This document shows, in pieces, positions 8,083-16,004 of a stretch of 28,447 bases of DNA (position 1 is its first letter; each line of letters opens with the position of its first letter). The DNA comes from a virus (Duplodnaviria > Caudoviricetes). Position numbers and translations under genes: made by a program. A model generated the notes under the pieces. The model worked only from the letters and a program-made list of their open reading frames with translations, was not told where the DNA came from and did no database searches. The DNA lies in IMG/VR virus record IMGVR_UViG_3300016649_000434, positions 1-28,447 of that record. The stretch is one strand, 5' to 3'.

Positions 8083-9095
8083 CCGTCCTCCATTCGTCTG
8101 GCGAAGTAGGCCAGCGCCTTGGCGTTGTATTCTGGAGAATCCCACTCCAGCAGCCCGTCTGGCCTGCTCCGAAGTGGGTACTCGCCGTTGTTGTGAGGCG
8201 GCAGAAACTTGTACCGCTCCTCATATCCGCGATCCTTTCGGTCACCATGCCAGAGGTGGTACACGGCGCCGTCGACGCATCCGATTCTCAAGTTGAGCGA
8301 CAGGACGCGATCACGGTACGCCTTGTATGGCTCCGACATGGCGAATGCGTGGTTGTCTGTCTTCGGCAGCCGCGGCTCGCCGGGTGTGAGCGAGAAGGCG
8401 ATGGCTGCGTCGCCGCCGCCGAGCGGGTGCCGCTCGAAGAAGCCGCCGATGTCGTCGAAGGCTTTTCGCGTGAGCGCCCACGCAAAGCCCGGATGATACT
8501 TGCCGAGAACCGGCTGCTCTCCGGCGGCAACGGCCATGACGGCCGGCTCCCTGACCAACTCGACGCCGCCGTCCTTCGCCAGCCAGCAGGCTGTGCTGAA
8601 CGGCTGGATGATGTCATGCGTGTCCAGGCACTCACTGACCGCGTCGAAGATGTCGCGCCTGGAGAAGTAGATGTCGCCGTCGAGGAAGAGAATCTTGTCT
8701 TCGCTTGTTTCGCGAGCCGTGAGATTCCACAGGTTTTCCTTGTGGAAGAGCACCGAGTCGCTCTGGTAGACGATCTGCCGGACACCGGCCGGCAGCGGCG
8801 ACGGACTGCGCCCAGGCAGAACCAGTTGGGCGACGACAGGCGTGATGCCGGCCGCGACGACGGACTCGCACGTCTCGTAGAGGAGCCGCGGTGGCCGCTG
8901 CCATCCGGCCGGATTGAAGTGGCACAGGACGACGGCGAGGTCGGTGCGTTTCGGCCGCGAGTACCCGGCCGGCGGCTTCGAGGCCAATGCGACAAGCCGA
9001 CCGATGGTGTGCTCGTCGATCTTGATGCCGCGCTTCTCGGCTTCCTCCGCCAGCCACTCTGGAAGGCGTTCGTCGATGCCGATTGTGTCCAGCAC
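8079..9095 (-). CDS. Glycosyltransferase-like protein (GT-A fold)
   Basis: LFHKENLWN, ILFLDGD (DxD), IIQPF, PGFAWA, GGGD, VYHLWHG. Start uncertain; GTG at 9095 chosen because the ORF-track start at 9215 overlaps the fibre gene. Confidence 0.75.
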   Translation of the reverse strand: MLDTIGIDERLPEWLAEEAEKRGIKIDEHTIGRLVALASKPPAGYSRPKRTDLAVVLCHFNPAGWQRPPRLLYETCESVVAAGITPVVAQLVLPGRSPSPLPAGVRQIVYQSDSVLFHKENLWNLTARETSEDKILFLDGDIYFSRRDIFDAVSECLDTHDIIQPFSTACWLAKDGGVELVREPAVMAVAAGEQPVLGKYHPGFAWALTRKAFDDIGGFFERHPLGGGDAAIAFSLTPGEPRLPKTDNHAFAMSEPYKAYRDRVLSLNLRIGCVDGAVYHLWHGDRKDRGYEERYKFLPPHNNGEYPLRSRPDGLLEWDSPEYNAKALAYFARRMEDG

Positions 9096-9127
9096 GCGGG
9101 CGCGGGCTGTGGCCGTTTTGCCCGTGA

Positions 9128-9162
9128 TCTGCGAGCCGACTAGTCGAGAGCACACTCGCAGA
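9128..9162 (-). other. Stem-loop TCTGCGAG...CTCGCAGA enclosing palindrome CGACTAGTCG
   Basis: 8-bp arms 9128-9135 and 9155-9162; 10-bp palindrome 9137-9146; lies between the fibre gene and glycosyltransferase. Confidence 0.4.
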
Positions 9163-9175
9163 AGTTTGGTTCCTG

Positions 9176-10933
9176 CTAGGTGCTGGCGCCGCCGCAGCAT
9201 GGCGTCACCCTCCACCGCAGCGACACGGGGTCGTAGAGAAGTTCCGCCTGATCATGCTCTTCAAGAGTTCTGTCGGTGCCTGTGTCGACAAGAATCCTGT
9301 TTTCCACGTCGCTGCCATTTGAGTTGTGGACAAGTTTGAGCGAGTGCGTGGAGATGTTGACGACACGAAGCGCCTTGTTCTGGCCGCCCCCAGTGAACCC
9401 GGTGATCTGCCTGTTGTTTTGGTTCGGGTTGACGCGAAGAACAGTCGCGGTGCCCGGCGCGTAGTTGCTGATGGTCGCCGTGGCGTCGATCGTGGCCCAC
9501 AGAAATCCAGGCGCCGCAGGCTCGTGCCCGATGAGTCTCCACCGCTGGCTCGTGGCGTCGTAGAACGCGGACGCAGAGTCCCCTTCCCCGAGGACTCGAT
9601 CGCCGCCGACGATGATGAACCGATTGCTTGAGTCGCTCGCCGTACTGGCCGAAGCCAGCGTGAGTTCGTTTGTGCTGACGTTGACGAACAGTTTCACGGC
9701 GCCAGACGAGCCGCCGGCGACGCCGGTAATCGTCATGTTCGCCGTGGCTTCCACCCGCACGATGTCGGTGGTGCCGGAATCGTAGTTGTTGACGTTCGTG
9801 GTGAGCGTCTTGGTTGCCACAGATGCGGCAGTGCCACCGCCGCCTCCGGTCACCGTCACGACGCCAGTCTGTCCATTGACGCTGATGACGTTTGCGACGC
9901 TGGTCAGGTCGGTGATGCTGGCTGCGAGGTGTGTGTGGCTCGCGCTGGCGGCTGACACGTCAAGGGCGACCAAGGTCACCGTGCCGGTCCTGCCATTGAC
10001 GCTGCTGACAGGCCCGTACTTCGCCGCCTCGGCGGCAAAGTCGGTGATGTTGGCGACGACGTGTGTATGGCTGGCGCTGGCGGCGGAGACGTCGATCGCG
10101 ACCAATGTCACCGTGCCGGTCCTGCCATTGACACTGCTGACCGGCCCGTACTTCGCCGCCTCGGCGGCAAAGTCGGTGATGTTGGCAGCGACGTGTGTAT
10201 GGCTAGCGCTGGCAGCGGAGACATCCGAGGCAACGAGAGTGACGGTGCCCGTCTTGCCATTGACGCTACTGACTGGCCCATACTTCGCCGCTTCGGAGGC
10301 GAAGTCGGTGATGTTGGCAGCGACGTGGGTGTGGACAGCACTAGCAGCGGAGACGTCTGTGGAGTTCAGCACCACGACGCCCGTGCGTCCGTTGACGCTC
10401 AGGACGTTTCCAGAGCCTGTAGCCGCCGCCGCGGCGATGGTGATGACTCCAGCGGACGTCGTGACTGTGACGTTCGCGCCAGCCGTGATGGTGACCGTTC
10501 CGGTTTGGCCGTTGAGTGTCTGGACATAGGAGTGGGCGTGCGTGGCGGAGGCGGCCGTGACGTCAGTCGCCACGAGCGTAACGGTGCCCGTCTTCCCGTT
10601 GACGCTGCTGACAGGCCCGTACTTCGCGGCCTCGGTGGCAAAGTCTGTGACGCTGGCGGCGACGTGCGTGTGGCTGGCGCTGGCAGCCCCGACCTCTGAG
10701 GCCACGAGCGTGACCACGCCGGTCTTCCCGTTGACGCTGGTCACGGGCGGGTCGCGGCCGATGATCGTGAAGACGCCAGATGTCGTCGTGACGGTGACGT
10801 TGGCGCCGCCGGCGATCGCCAGGGACGTCAGCGTCTGGGCCGCCATCGTGCCGACGCCGACCTCGACCGTGTCGGAGTTCGTGATCGACGTGACGATGTT
10901 CGTCTGGCCGATCACATTGACGGTGATGCTCAT
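9176..10933 (-). CDS. Tail fibre/adhesin with SVNG(K/R)TG repeats and HxH motifs
   Basis: 585 aa, Thr/Ser/Ala/Val-rich; 8 (S/T)(V/L)NGxTG units, 6 HxH motifs, duplicated C-terminal domain ending YD...RWR. Confidence 0.85.
   Translation of the reverse strand: MSITVNVIGQTNIVTSITNSDTVEVGVGTMAAQTLTSLAIAGGANVTVTTTSGVFTIIGRDPPVTSVNGKTGVVTLVASEVGAASASHTHVAASVTDFATEAAKYGPVSSVNGKTGTVTLVATDVTAASATHAHSYVQTLNGQTGTVTITAGANVTVTTSAGVITIAAAAATGSGNVLSVNGRTGVVVLNSTDVSAASAVHTHVAANITDFASEAAKYGPVSSVNGKTGTVTLVASDVSAASASHTHVAANITDFAAEAAKYGPVSSVNGRTGTVTLVAIDVSAASASHTHVVANITDFAAEAAKYGPVSSVNGRTGTVTLVALDVSAASASHTHLAASITDLTSVANVISVNGQTGVVTVTGGGGGTAASVATKTLTTNVNNYDSGTTDIVRVEATANMTITGVAGGSSGAVKLFVNVSTNELTLASASTASDSSNRFIIVGGDRVLGEGDSASAFYDATSQRWRLIGHEPAAPGFLWATIDATATISNYAPGTATVLRVNPNQNNRQITGFTGGGQNKALRVVNISTHSLKLVHNSNGSDVENRILVDTGTDRTLEEHDQAELLYDPVSLRWRVTPCCGGAST
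9911..10355 (-). repeat. 132-bp (44-aa) tandem repeat inside the fibre gene
   Basis: GGCCC(G/A)TACTTCGC recurs at 10011, 10143 and 10275 (period 132), with a further copy at 10614. Confidence 0.9.
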
Positions 10934-11298
10934 GGGTTCGCCACCGTCACCGTGCCGGAGAGGACCGTCCTCGTGACGCCGCCGCCGTCAACCCACCGCA
11001 TGTACCAGCGGTAGGCGATGGCCGGCGAGAGCGCGATCGTCTGCGACTCCGAGAGCCCGATCGTGATCTGGCCGGCTGCGAGGTTCGTGTTCTCGATGGC
11101 GAACGTCGTCGCCGTCTCGCCGATGCCGGTCACGAAGCCTGTGCCGCCACCCCCGGCTGCGTAGACGGCCGTGACGTAGATGGCCGTCGTGATCGTGTAC
11201 CCCGTGAGGTTTCGATCGAAGTCGAGGGCGATGGCAACCTCATCGCCGGCCACGAACGTGAGGTTGAGTTCGCCCGGTAGTTGCGAGAATGAGGCCAT
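10930..11298 (-). CDS. Virion structural protein, BppU-N/adaptor-like; paralog of 685..1008
   Basis: MASFSQLPGELNLTFVAGD..NLTGYTIT..GQITIGLSESQT.AL.P..YRWYMRW..RTVLSG; coupled to the fibre by ATGA. Confidence 0.72.
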   Translation of the reverse strand: MASFSQLPGELNLTFVAGDEVAIALDFDRNLTGYTITTAIYVTAVYAAGGGGTGFVTGIGETATTFAIENTNLAAGQITIGLSESQTIALSPAIAYRWYMRWVDGGGVTRTVLSGTVTVANP

Positions 11299-11303
11299 TA
11301 TTC

Positions 11304-11329
11304 CATTTTATCCGCTTGTGCCGCCTTGC
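11304..11329 (-). promoter_or_regulatory. Candidate phage promoter motif GCAAGGC-N7-GCGGATAAAATG
   Basis: Intergenic; 11/12 identical to GCGGATATAATG at 1331-1342; -10-like TAAAAT. Confidence 0.4.
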
Positions 11330-11338
11330 GGGCGGACT

Positions 11339-11776
11339 TCAGCGACCGGCCGCCCGTTCCTTGAGCCCATGGTTCGTGAGCGGACTTGAGGCGATTGACT
11401 GGGCCAGCGCCGCTACGTCGGCCTCGGTCACTGGGTGCGGCAGCACGGCATCGATCGCCCGATTCGCTACGCTCTGGATCGCCGTCGTCACGCCCTCGCC
11501 GACGGCGTCAAGTTTGTTTTTTCGTGCTGCGCAACCGCAGTCCTTGCCGACGATCTTCTTGACCCGCTCCTCGGTAACGCCGATCGTCGTCAGTCCTGCG
11601 GCGATCATCGAGCCGAGCCGCAGTGGCGGAATCCTAATGCGCCCGCGCGCCAATGCGTCGAGGTGAGCGCGAGCGATCTCCTCGATGGTCTGGCAGTGAC
11701 GGTACAAGGGCAGTTTTGATGCCGTGTACCCGCATCGCCGACACCGTAGCGTTCCGTCCTCAAAGTTACACAACAT
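11339..11776 (-). CDS. Cys-rich hypothetical phage protein (CxxC and DCGC motifs)
   Basis: 145 aa: CRRCGY, RHC, GKDCGCAARKNKLD; lies in the tail-tip region. Confidence 0.7.
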   Translation of the reverse strand: MLCNFEDGTLRCRRCGYTASKLPLYRHCQTIEEIARAHLDALARGRIRIPPLRLGSMIAAGLTTIGVTEERVKKIVGKDCGCAARKNKLDAVGEGVTTAIQSVANRAIDAVLPHPVTEADVAALAQSIASSPLTNHGLKERAAGR

Positions 11777-11785
11777 ATCACAGCC

Positions 11786-14149
11786 TCAGATGTTGCGGCG
11801 TATTTGCTGCGTGATAGTGTCGCTGCCGCATGATACGGTAAAGATGACGCCTTGACCGGGCAGCCACGCCGTTTTCGAAATTACATCTATGATTCCAGAC
11901 CGCTCGCCACTAGTCCTGTAATAGACGCTTGCGTACTCTGCGCCGCTCACTACAGCCACAACTGGCGTGCAATTATTGCACGGCACTGACGTTTTCGTTG
12001 ACCTGTCGTGTGCTGACGGCGACTGCCCTATTGCGCCGAACATCAGAAAGAATGACACGCACTGCCCTGCTTGCGGCGATAACGCCAGTGGGTTTGCTGC
12101 GGTTTGGTATGACCCGTCGAAAGCAGGCAGTTGCGAAAGCAGTCGCAGGCCAAATAAGTTGCATCGCCCCTGCTGAAGCACTTGCAAGTAATCAACAATC
12201 TTCGGCAATCGGCTGTTGGTAGAAGTTACACTTGCATTTTCAGTAGAAGAAGACGTAACTGTTACGCTATCGGTTACGTTGCACGTTCGTGTCGTCACGC
12301 CGCCATTCGCCGAAAAAGCGTCTGGTGCCCAATCACCGCAGACATTGCGGCGAGAGTATTTCACAGACGCGCTGGCTGGAAAACTACGGATAACCGAGGC
12401 TCCGGCGCAAGCCTGCTGTAGGTTACAAATCTCACCCCAGATTGAAACAGGTATAACATTCACAAAAAACTCCTGCGTTTTCGGCAAATCGCACTGCACT
12501 GGTATTTTTGCAATACCAAAATGCCGGATCATGCACGGAAGTTGAAAAGGGCTGGGCTGCGAAAAATAGATGGGCGGGCTGGCTTCAAGTTCGCTTATGT
12601 AAAATTGCCCTGGGCCCGCTGGAAACGTGCCCCAAGCGGCTGGCACTGAGCCAGAGTATGGAGAAAAGCCCATTTGCCTTGCAACTGAAACGGTGAACGG
12701 GTTTCCGCCCTGCCCGCAAGCGCCGTTGACTATTTCAACATCGTACTCCACCGATACGGAAAAAAAACTTGGCACGCACGCATATGCGACAGCAACTTCA
12801 AATTCCGCGCAGCGGTTGCTGAATAAATGGCTGGACAGCAAGAATTCGTCGATTGGATGTTCGTTGCCTCCGCTTATCCGGTACGTCCATCCATCTACTA
12901 GGCTAAATCCTAACCCTGGCCCGCTCGCGACTAAAGAGTTCCGATACGGCCCTGTCTCTGCATTCCACAATAAAGTAAGGCCAGCCCAGAACTCGCTTGG
13001 GCCAACAGCCACGGGATGAAGGAGCGCCGACAAACTGCTAGAATATTCCCCTGAGTATTGCCATGAGTTTGCAACGATGGTTTTCAACTCAAGCGTCAGC
13101 GGGTTTTTGCAGAGCGACGGATTAGCAACGAGCAGTGATTGAGGCGCGTCAGCGTAGACGATCTCCGGGTATATGCCTAAAGCCGAACCTACGCCAACAA
13201 AATCAGCGGGCGTCTGGCACAGCGCATTTTTCGGAAGAATTCTTAGGTCACGCTGACCACCCGGCACAGACACCGTTATGTCTGCGTCGCCGTTCACAAA
13301 AGCGACAACCGACTCTTCGTTCAAAAGAATGCGTTGTGTGACGCTGCCGCCGCCTCCACGCCCGCAGATTGTTCCGCTAAGTCGCATCGCCAGCGACCGC
13401 TCTTCTATGGTCAGTCCCTGAGTTTTTTGCACTGACCAGCCCGCATAGGCGTCGCCTTGAACCAGCGTTGCGCTTTCAATGCCACTAGTCAGCCGGAAAG
13501 ACTGCGTTCCCGATCCGACTGGCCCCCATCTCTGTAAGCCAGTCGGAAATAAAGTGACTTCCACTTCGTGCGTGATGCTTGCTGTCCATTGATTGACCGC
13601 TAAAGTAAGACGAGGCTGTTGATGCTCGTCTTCGTCAATAGATGACGTAACCCCTGACTCCTGCTGTGTAGCAACCCCCGTGACCGTCACGTTGACTTCC
13701 AGGTGCCACGGCGGACCGATCACGTCGTAGGTGCTTGCTTGCGGGCTCGTAATATTGTTGCGATTGAATCTCCAGACTTGTGAACGAGTTGCGCCAACAG
13801 GCGTTCTGCTGTCGCCGCTTGCCGAGAGCGACAGGCGTATCGGAACCCGAACCCTTGACTGGGCGTTATATAGTTGAACGAAGTCATTGGGCGGGTCCGT
13901 CAGCGCTCCAGATATGTACTCAACGTCACCAACGCTAGAGAGCCTGGAAACAATATGACAGTCTCCGCCTGACGGCGGGCTGCTTCCCACAAAAGACACA
14001 CGCAGGCACCTATCAAACTCAATTGTCCATGGGCACTCAGTTCCCTGGCAGCATGGCGAACACGAGCCGAACAGAAAGCCGAGCGGGTACATCCCGGCCG
14101 CCAAGGCGGTGATCACGTACAGAATTGCGGAAAGCGGTTCTTCGATCAT
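11786..14149 (-). CDS. Large Cys-rich tail-tip/host-recognition candidate protein
   Basis: ATG at 14149 (ATGA overlap), 787 aa. Hydrophobic N-terminus then CSPCC; beta-rich and visibly more AT-rich than the flanks. Function inferred from position only. Confidence 0.65.
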   Translation of the reverse strand: MIEEPLSAILYVITALAAGMYPLGFLFGSCSPCCQGTECPWTIEFDRCLRVSFVGSSPPSGGDCHIVSRLSSVGDVEYISGALTDPPNDFVQLYNAQSRVRVPIRLSLSASGDSRTPVGATRSQVWRFNRNNITSPQASTYDVIGPPWHLEVNVTVTGVATQQESGVTSSIDEDEHQQPRLTLAVNQWTASITHEVEVTLFPTGLQRWGPVGSGTQSFRLTSGIESATLVQGDAYAGWSVQKTQGLTIEERSLAMRLSGTICGRGGGGSVTQRILLNEESVVAFVNGDADITVSVPGGQRDLRILPKNALCQTPADFVGVGSALGIYPEIVYADAPQSLLVANPSLCKNPLTLELKTIVANSWQYSGEYSSSLSALLHPVAVGPSEFWAGLTLLWNAETGPYRNSLVASGPGLGFSLVDGWTYRISGGNEHPIDEFLLSSHLFSNRCAEFEVAVAYACVPSFFSVSVEYDVEIVNGACGQGGNPFTVSVARQMGFSPYSGSVPAAWGTFPAGPGQFYISELEASPPIYFSQPSPFQLPCMIRHFGIAKIPVQCDLPKTQEFFVNVIPVSIWGEICNLQQACAGASVIRSFPASASVKYSRRNVCGDWAPDAFSANGGVTTRTCNVTDSVTVTSSSTENASVTSTNSRLPKIVDYLQVLQQGRCNLFGLRLLSQLPAFDGSYQTAANPLALSPQAGQCVSFFLMFGAIGQSPSAHDRSTKTSVPCNNCTPVVAVVSGAEYASVYYRTSGERSGIIDVISKTAWLPGQGVIFTVSCGSDTITQQIRRNI

Positions 14150-14496
14150 GTCGATGTACTGCACACGGCTGCGATGAGAAACCACGCCGTGCCCTCTCGG
14201 GCGATGGCACAGTCGCCGGAGCCAGTCGGAGACGGAACGGCGGCGAAGAGGTTGAGTGCCGATGCCGTATTCGGCGTCGCCGTCTGGTACTTGAACGTGA
14301 CGGTCTTCGACGACCCAATGCTCCACGACCCCGTGAACGTACAAATCCGAAACACCTTCGGATTCGACGAGATGTCCCCCTCCAGAACCGCCGGCGTGCT
14401 GCGGAATCCTGACCGCACGACGCCGCCCTCCACCGCCTCGATGGTGCGGCGGGTTCGGGCGAGGAGGTCGGGTCCGAGGAGGAAGCCTTCGGCCAT
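14146..14496 (-). CDS. Hypothetical tail-region protein
   Basis: 116-aa ORF between the putative hub and the large tip protein; coupled by ATGA. Confidence 0.7.
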   Translation of the reverse strand: MAEGFLLGPDLLARTRRTIEAVEGGVVRSGFRSTPAVLEGDISSNPKVFRICTFTGSWSIGSSKTVTFKYQTATPNTASALNLFAAVPSPTGSGDCAIAREGTAWFLIAAVCSTST

Positions 14497-14508
14497 AGCG
14501 GCAGTCCG

Positions 14509-15618
14509 TCAGAAAAGTCGAGGCGGGAACGTCGCGTTGAAGTCGAGTTCTTCCTGAACTCGATAGCGATGCACAAGTGGCAGCAGTGAAGGACTCCTCG
14601 CTGTGCCGTCGTTATTGAGCGGTATTGGCATCGCGGACGGGCGCTGAAGTTGTCCGTTGTCTTCGATGTCGATGAAGTTTACACAGGCCCGCATTTTGCG
14701 ACCTGCGTTCACGCCGTCTGGGAGCGCTACGGGCGTTGCAATCTTGCCGTTTGCCGACTTGAGCGGTTGCCCGAAGTCGTTCTTGTTGCCACCTGTCGTT
14801 TCGGAGCCGTTGGGTTGCGTCGGTGCGTGTGCGATTACATTGAGACCTGTCTGAGGAACAAGTACATCCCATCCTATTGTTCCCGTGAATGGAGTGCCGT
14901 CTATCCTGAAATCCGTCACGGCATTTGGCCTGTACGAAAACTCGAACGTGTTGTCGAAGCCGCTCCAATACGCATTGCCGTATTGCGTCGTCGTCGGCGA
15001 TGACTGAGCGCCACGGAACATGACGGTGTGCCTGTCGCAGTTTCCGAGCGCCCTAAAAGTCACGGGTGCGTCGTTGATCTTTCCGGCATGAATCTGAAAC
15101 CCAGATACGTCGATGATGTCGAAGAACTTGTACGTGACGTTCGTGATCGGAACCAGTTTTGAGATGCCTTCGTATAGGTCTCCTGCTGGATTCACCGGAG
15201 GCTGAGTGTTTCCGTTGTCGGCCCCTGACATCACATACCACGAGTACAGCGGCGCCTCGTAGAGTGACGTCGAGATGGAGTACGTGGGCGGGCGGACGTC
15301 CGGCGCGAACTGACCGGCGTCTGATCCACCACCACCACCACCACCGTCGTCGATCGGCGTGGTTCGATAATTGAATGTCGCCTGAACGACCATCCGCGAG
15401 TCGCCTTCGTACTGAGCGTTCACAGATGCGCAGTAGAGGCCCAACTCGCTTGGGTGCTGATCTCCGATGTTGATTCCACACAGCGAGAAGAGATTGACAT
15501 ACTCGCCGGCGGATGCCTTCAGAATCCTGAAGACGCGGGTGGTGCTGGCGGCTACCGCACCAGCCTCGTTTGAGAACTGGTACTGAACGCCAGAGGTGAT
15601 TTCAGCGGCACGAGCCAT
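14509..15618 (-). CDS. Putative tail-tip/baseplate hub protein
   Basis: About 369 aa, second gene after the tape measure; start ATG 15618 or GTG 15627; contains a poly-Gly linker. Role inferred from synteny. Confidence 0.6.
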   Translation of the reverse strand: MARAAEITSGVQYQFSNEAGAVAASTTRVFRILKASAGEYVNLFSLCGINIGDQHPSELGLYCASVNAQYEGDSRMVVQATFNYRTTPIDDGGGGGGGSDAGQFAPDVRPPTYSISTSLYEAPLYSWYVMSGADNGNTQPPVNPAGDLYEGISKLVPITNVTYKFFDIIDVSGFQIHAGKINDAPVTFRALGNCDRHTVMFRGAQSSPTTTQYGNAYWSGFDNTFEFSYRPNAVTDFRIDGTPFTGTIGWDVLVPQTGLNVIAHAPTQPNGSETTGGNKNDFGQPLKSANGKIATPVALPDGVNAGRKMRACVNFIDIEDNGQLQRPSAMPIPLNNDGTARSPSLLPLVHRYRVQEELDFNATFPPRLF

Positions 15619-15623
15619 GTTTG

Positions 15624-15992
15624 TCACCCTTCAGCGATGTCAACGCGGAGCCGAGCGCCGGCTACGCCTTTGGCCTGATACTCGGTCCCCGACGAAAGCC
15701 GCACGAGCGCCGGCTCGCTGCCCCGAAGCGTCGTGAACCCCACGAACGAGCCTCCGGCCTCGATGCCGATCTGAACAGTCGCCGCTGACGACGTGGACAA
15801 GTTTCTGAGAAACGCCATGCCGACGCTCGACAGGTTCGCAGTCGAGATGGCCGTGGCGTTTGTCGTCAGGTCGTAGACGAGGCTGGAGTATCCGGCCTTC
15901 GACTGCGTCGCCGTTACCTGACTGACCTGCACCTGATTCAAGAAATTGTCTCTGTCGACCTTGAGCGACATGGAGTACGTGATGTCTGGCAT
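15624..15992 (-). CDS. Small structural protein after tape measure
   Basis: 122 aa, GGAG RBS; AFLRNLS motif resembles 23652..24110 and 24114..24602. Confidence 0.7.
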   Translation of the reverse strand: MPDITYSMSLKVDRDNFLNQVQVSQVTATQSKAGYSSLVYDLTTNATAISTANLSSVGMAFLRNLSTSSAATVQIGIEAGGSFVGFTTLRGSEPALVRLSSGTEYQAKGVAGARLRVDIAEG

Positions 15993-16004
15993 ATGAATCT
16001 CTCC

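Noticed and set aside
9148-9157. GAGTGTGCT shared with the capsid leader region (about 28246-28254) as an operator
   Set aside because: Only a 9-mer seen twice; compatible with chance.
9911-10355. Regularly spaced repeats as a possible CRISPR array
   Set aside because: Period is 132 bp, in frame, with no unique spacers; it is a protein-coding repeat.
1-14149. Diversity-generating retroelement or invertase-based fibre switching
   Set aside because: No reverse transcriptase, recombinase, adenine-specific TR/VR pair or inverted gene copy seen in the window; cannot be excluded outside it.
15326-15345. (CCA)n simple repeat as a phase-variation tract
   Set aside because: Trinucleotide repeat encoding a poly-Gly linker; slippage would keep the frame.
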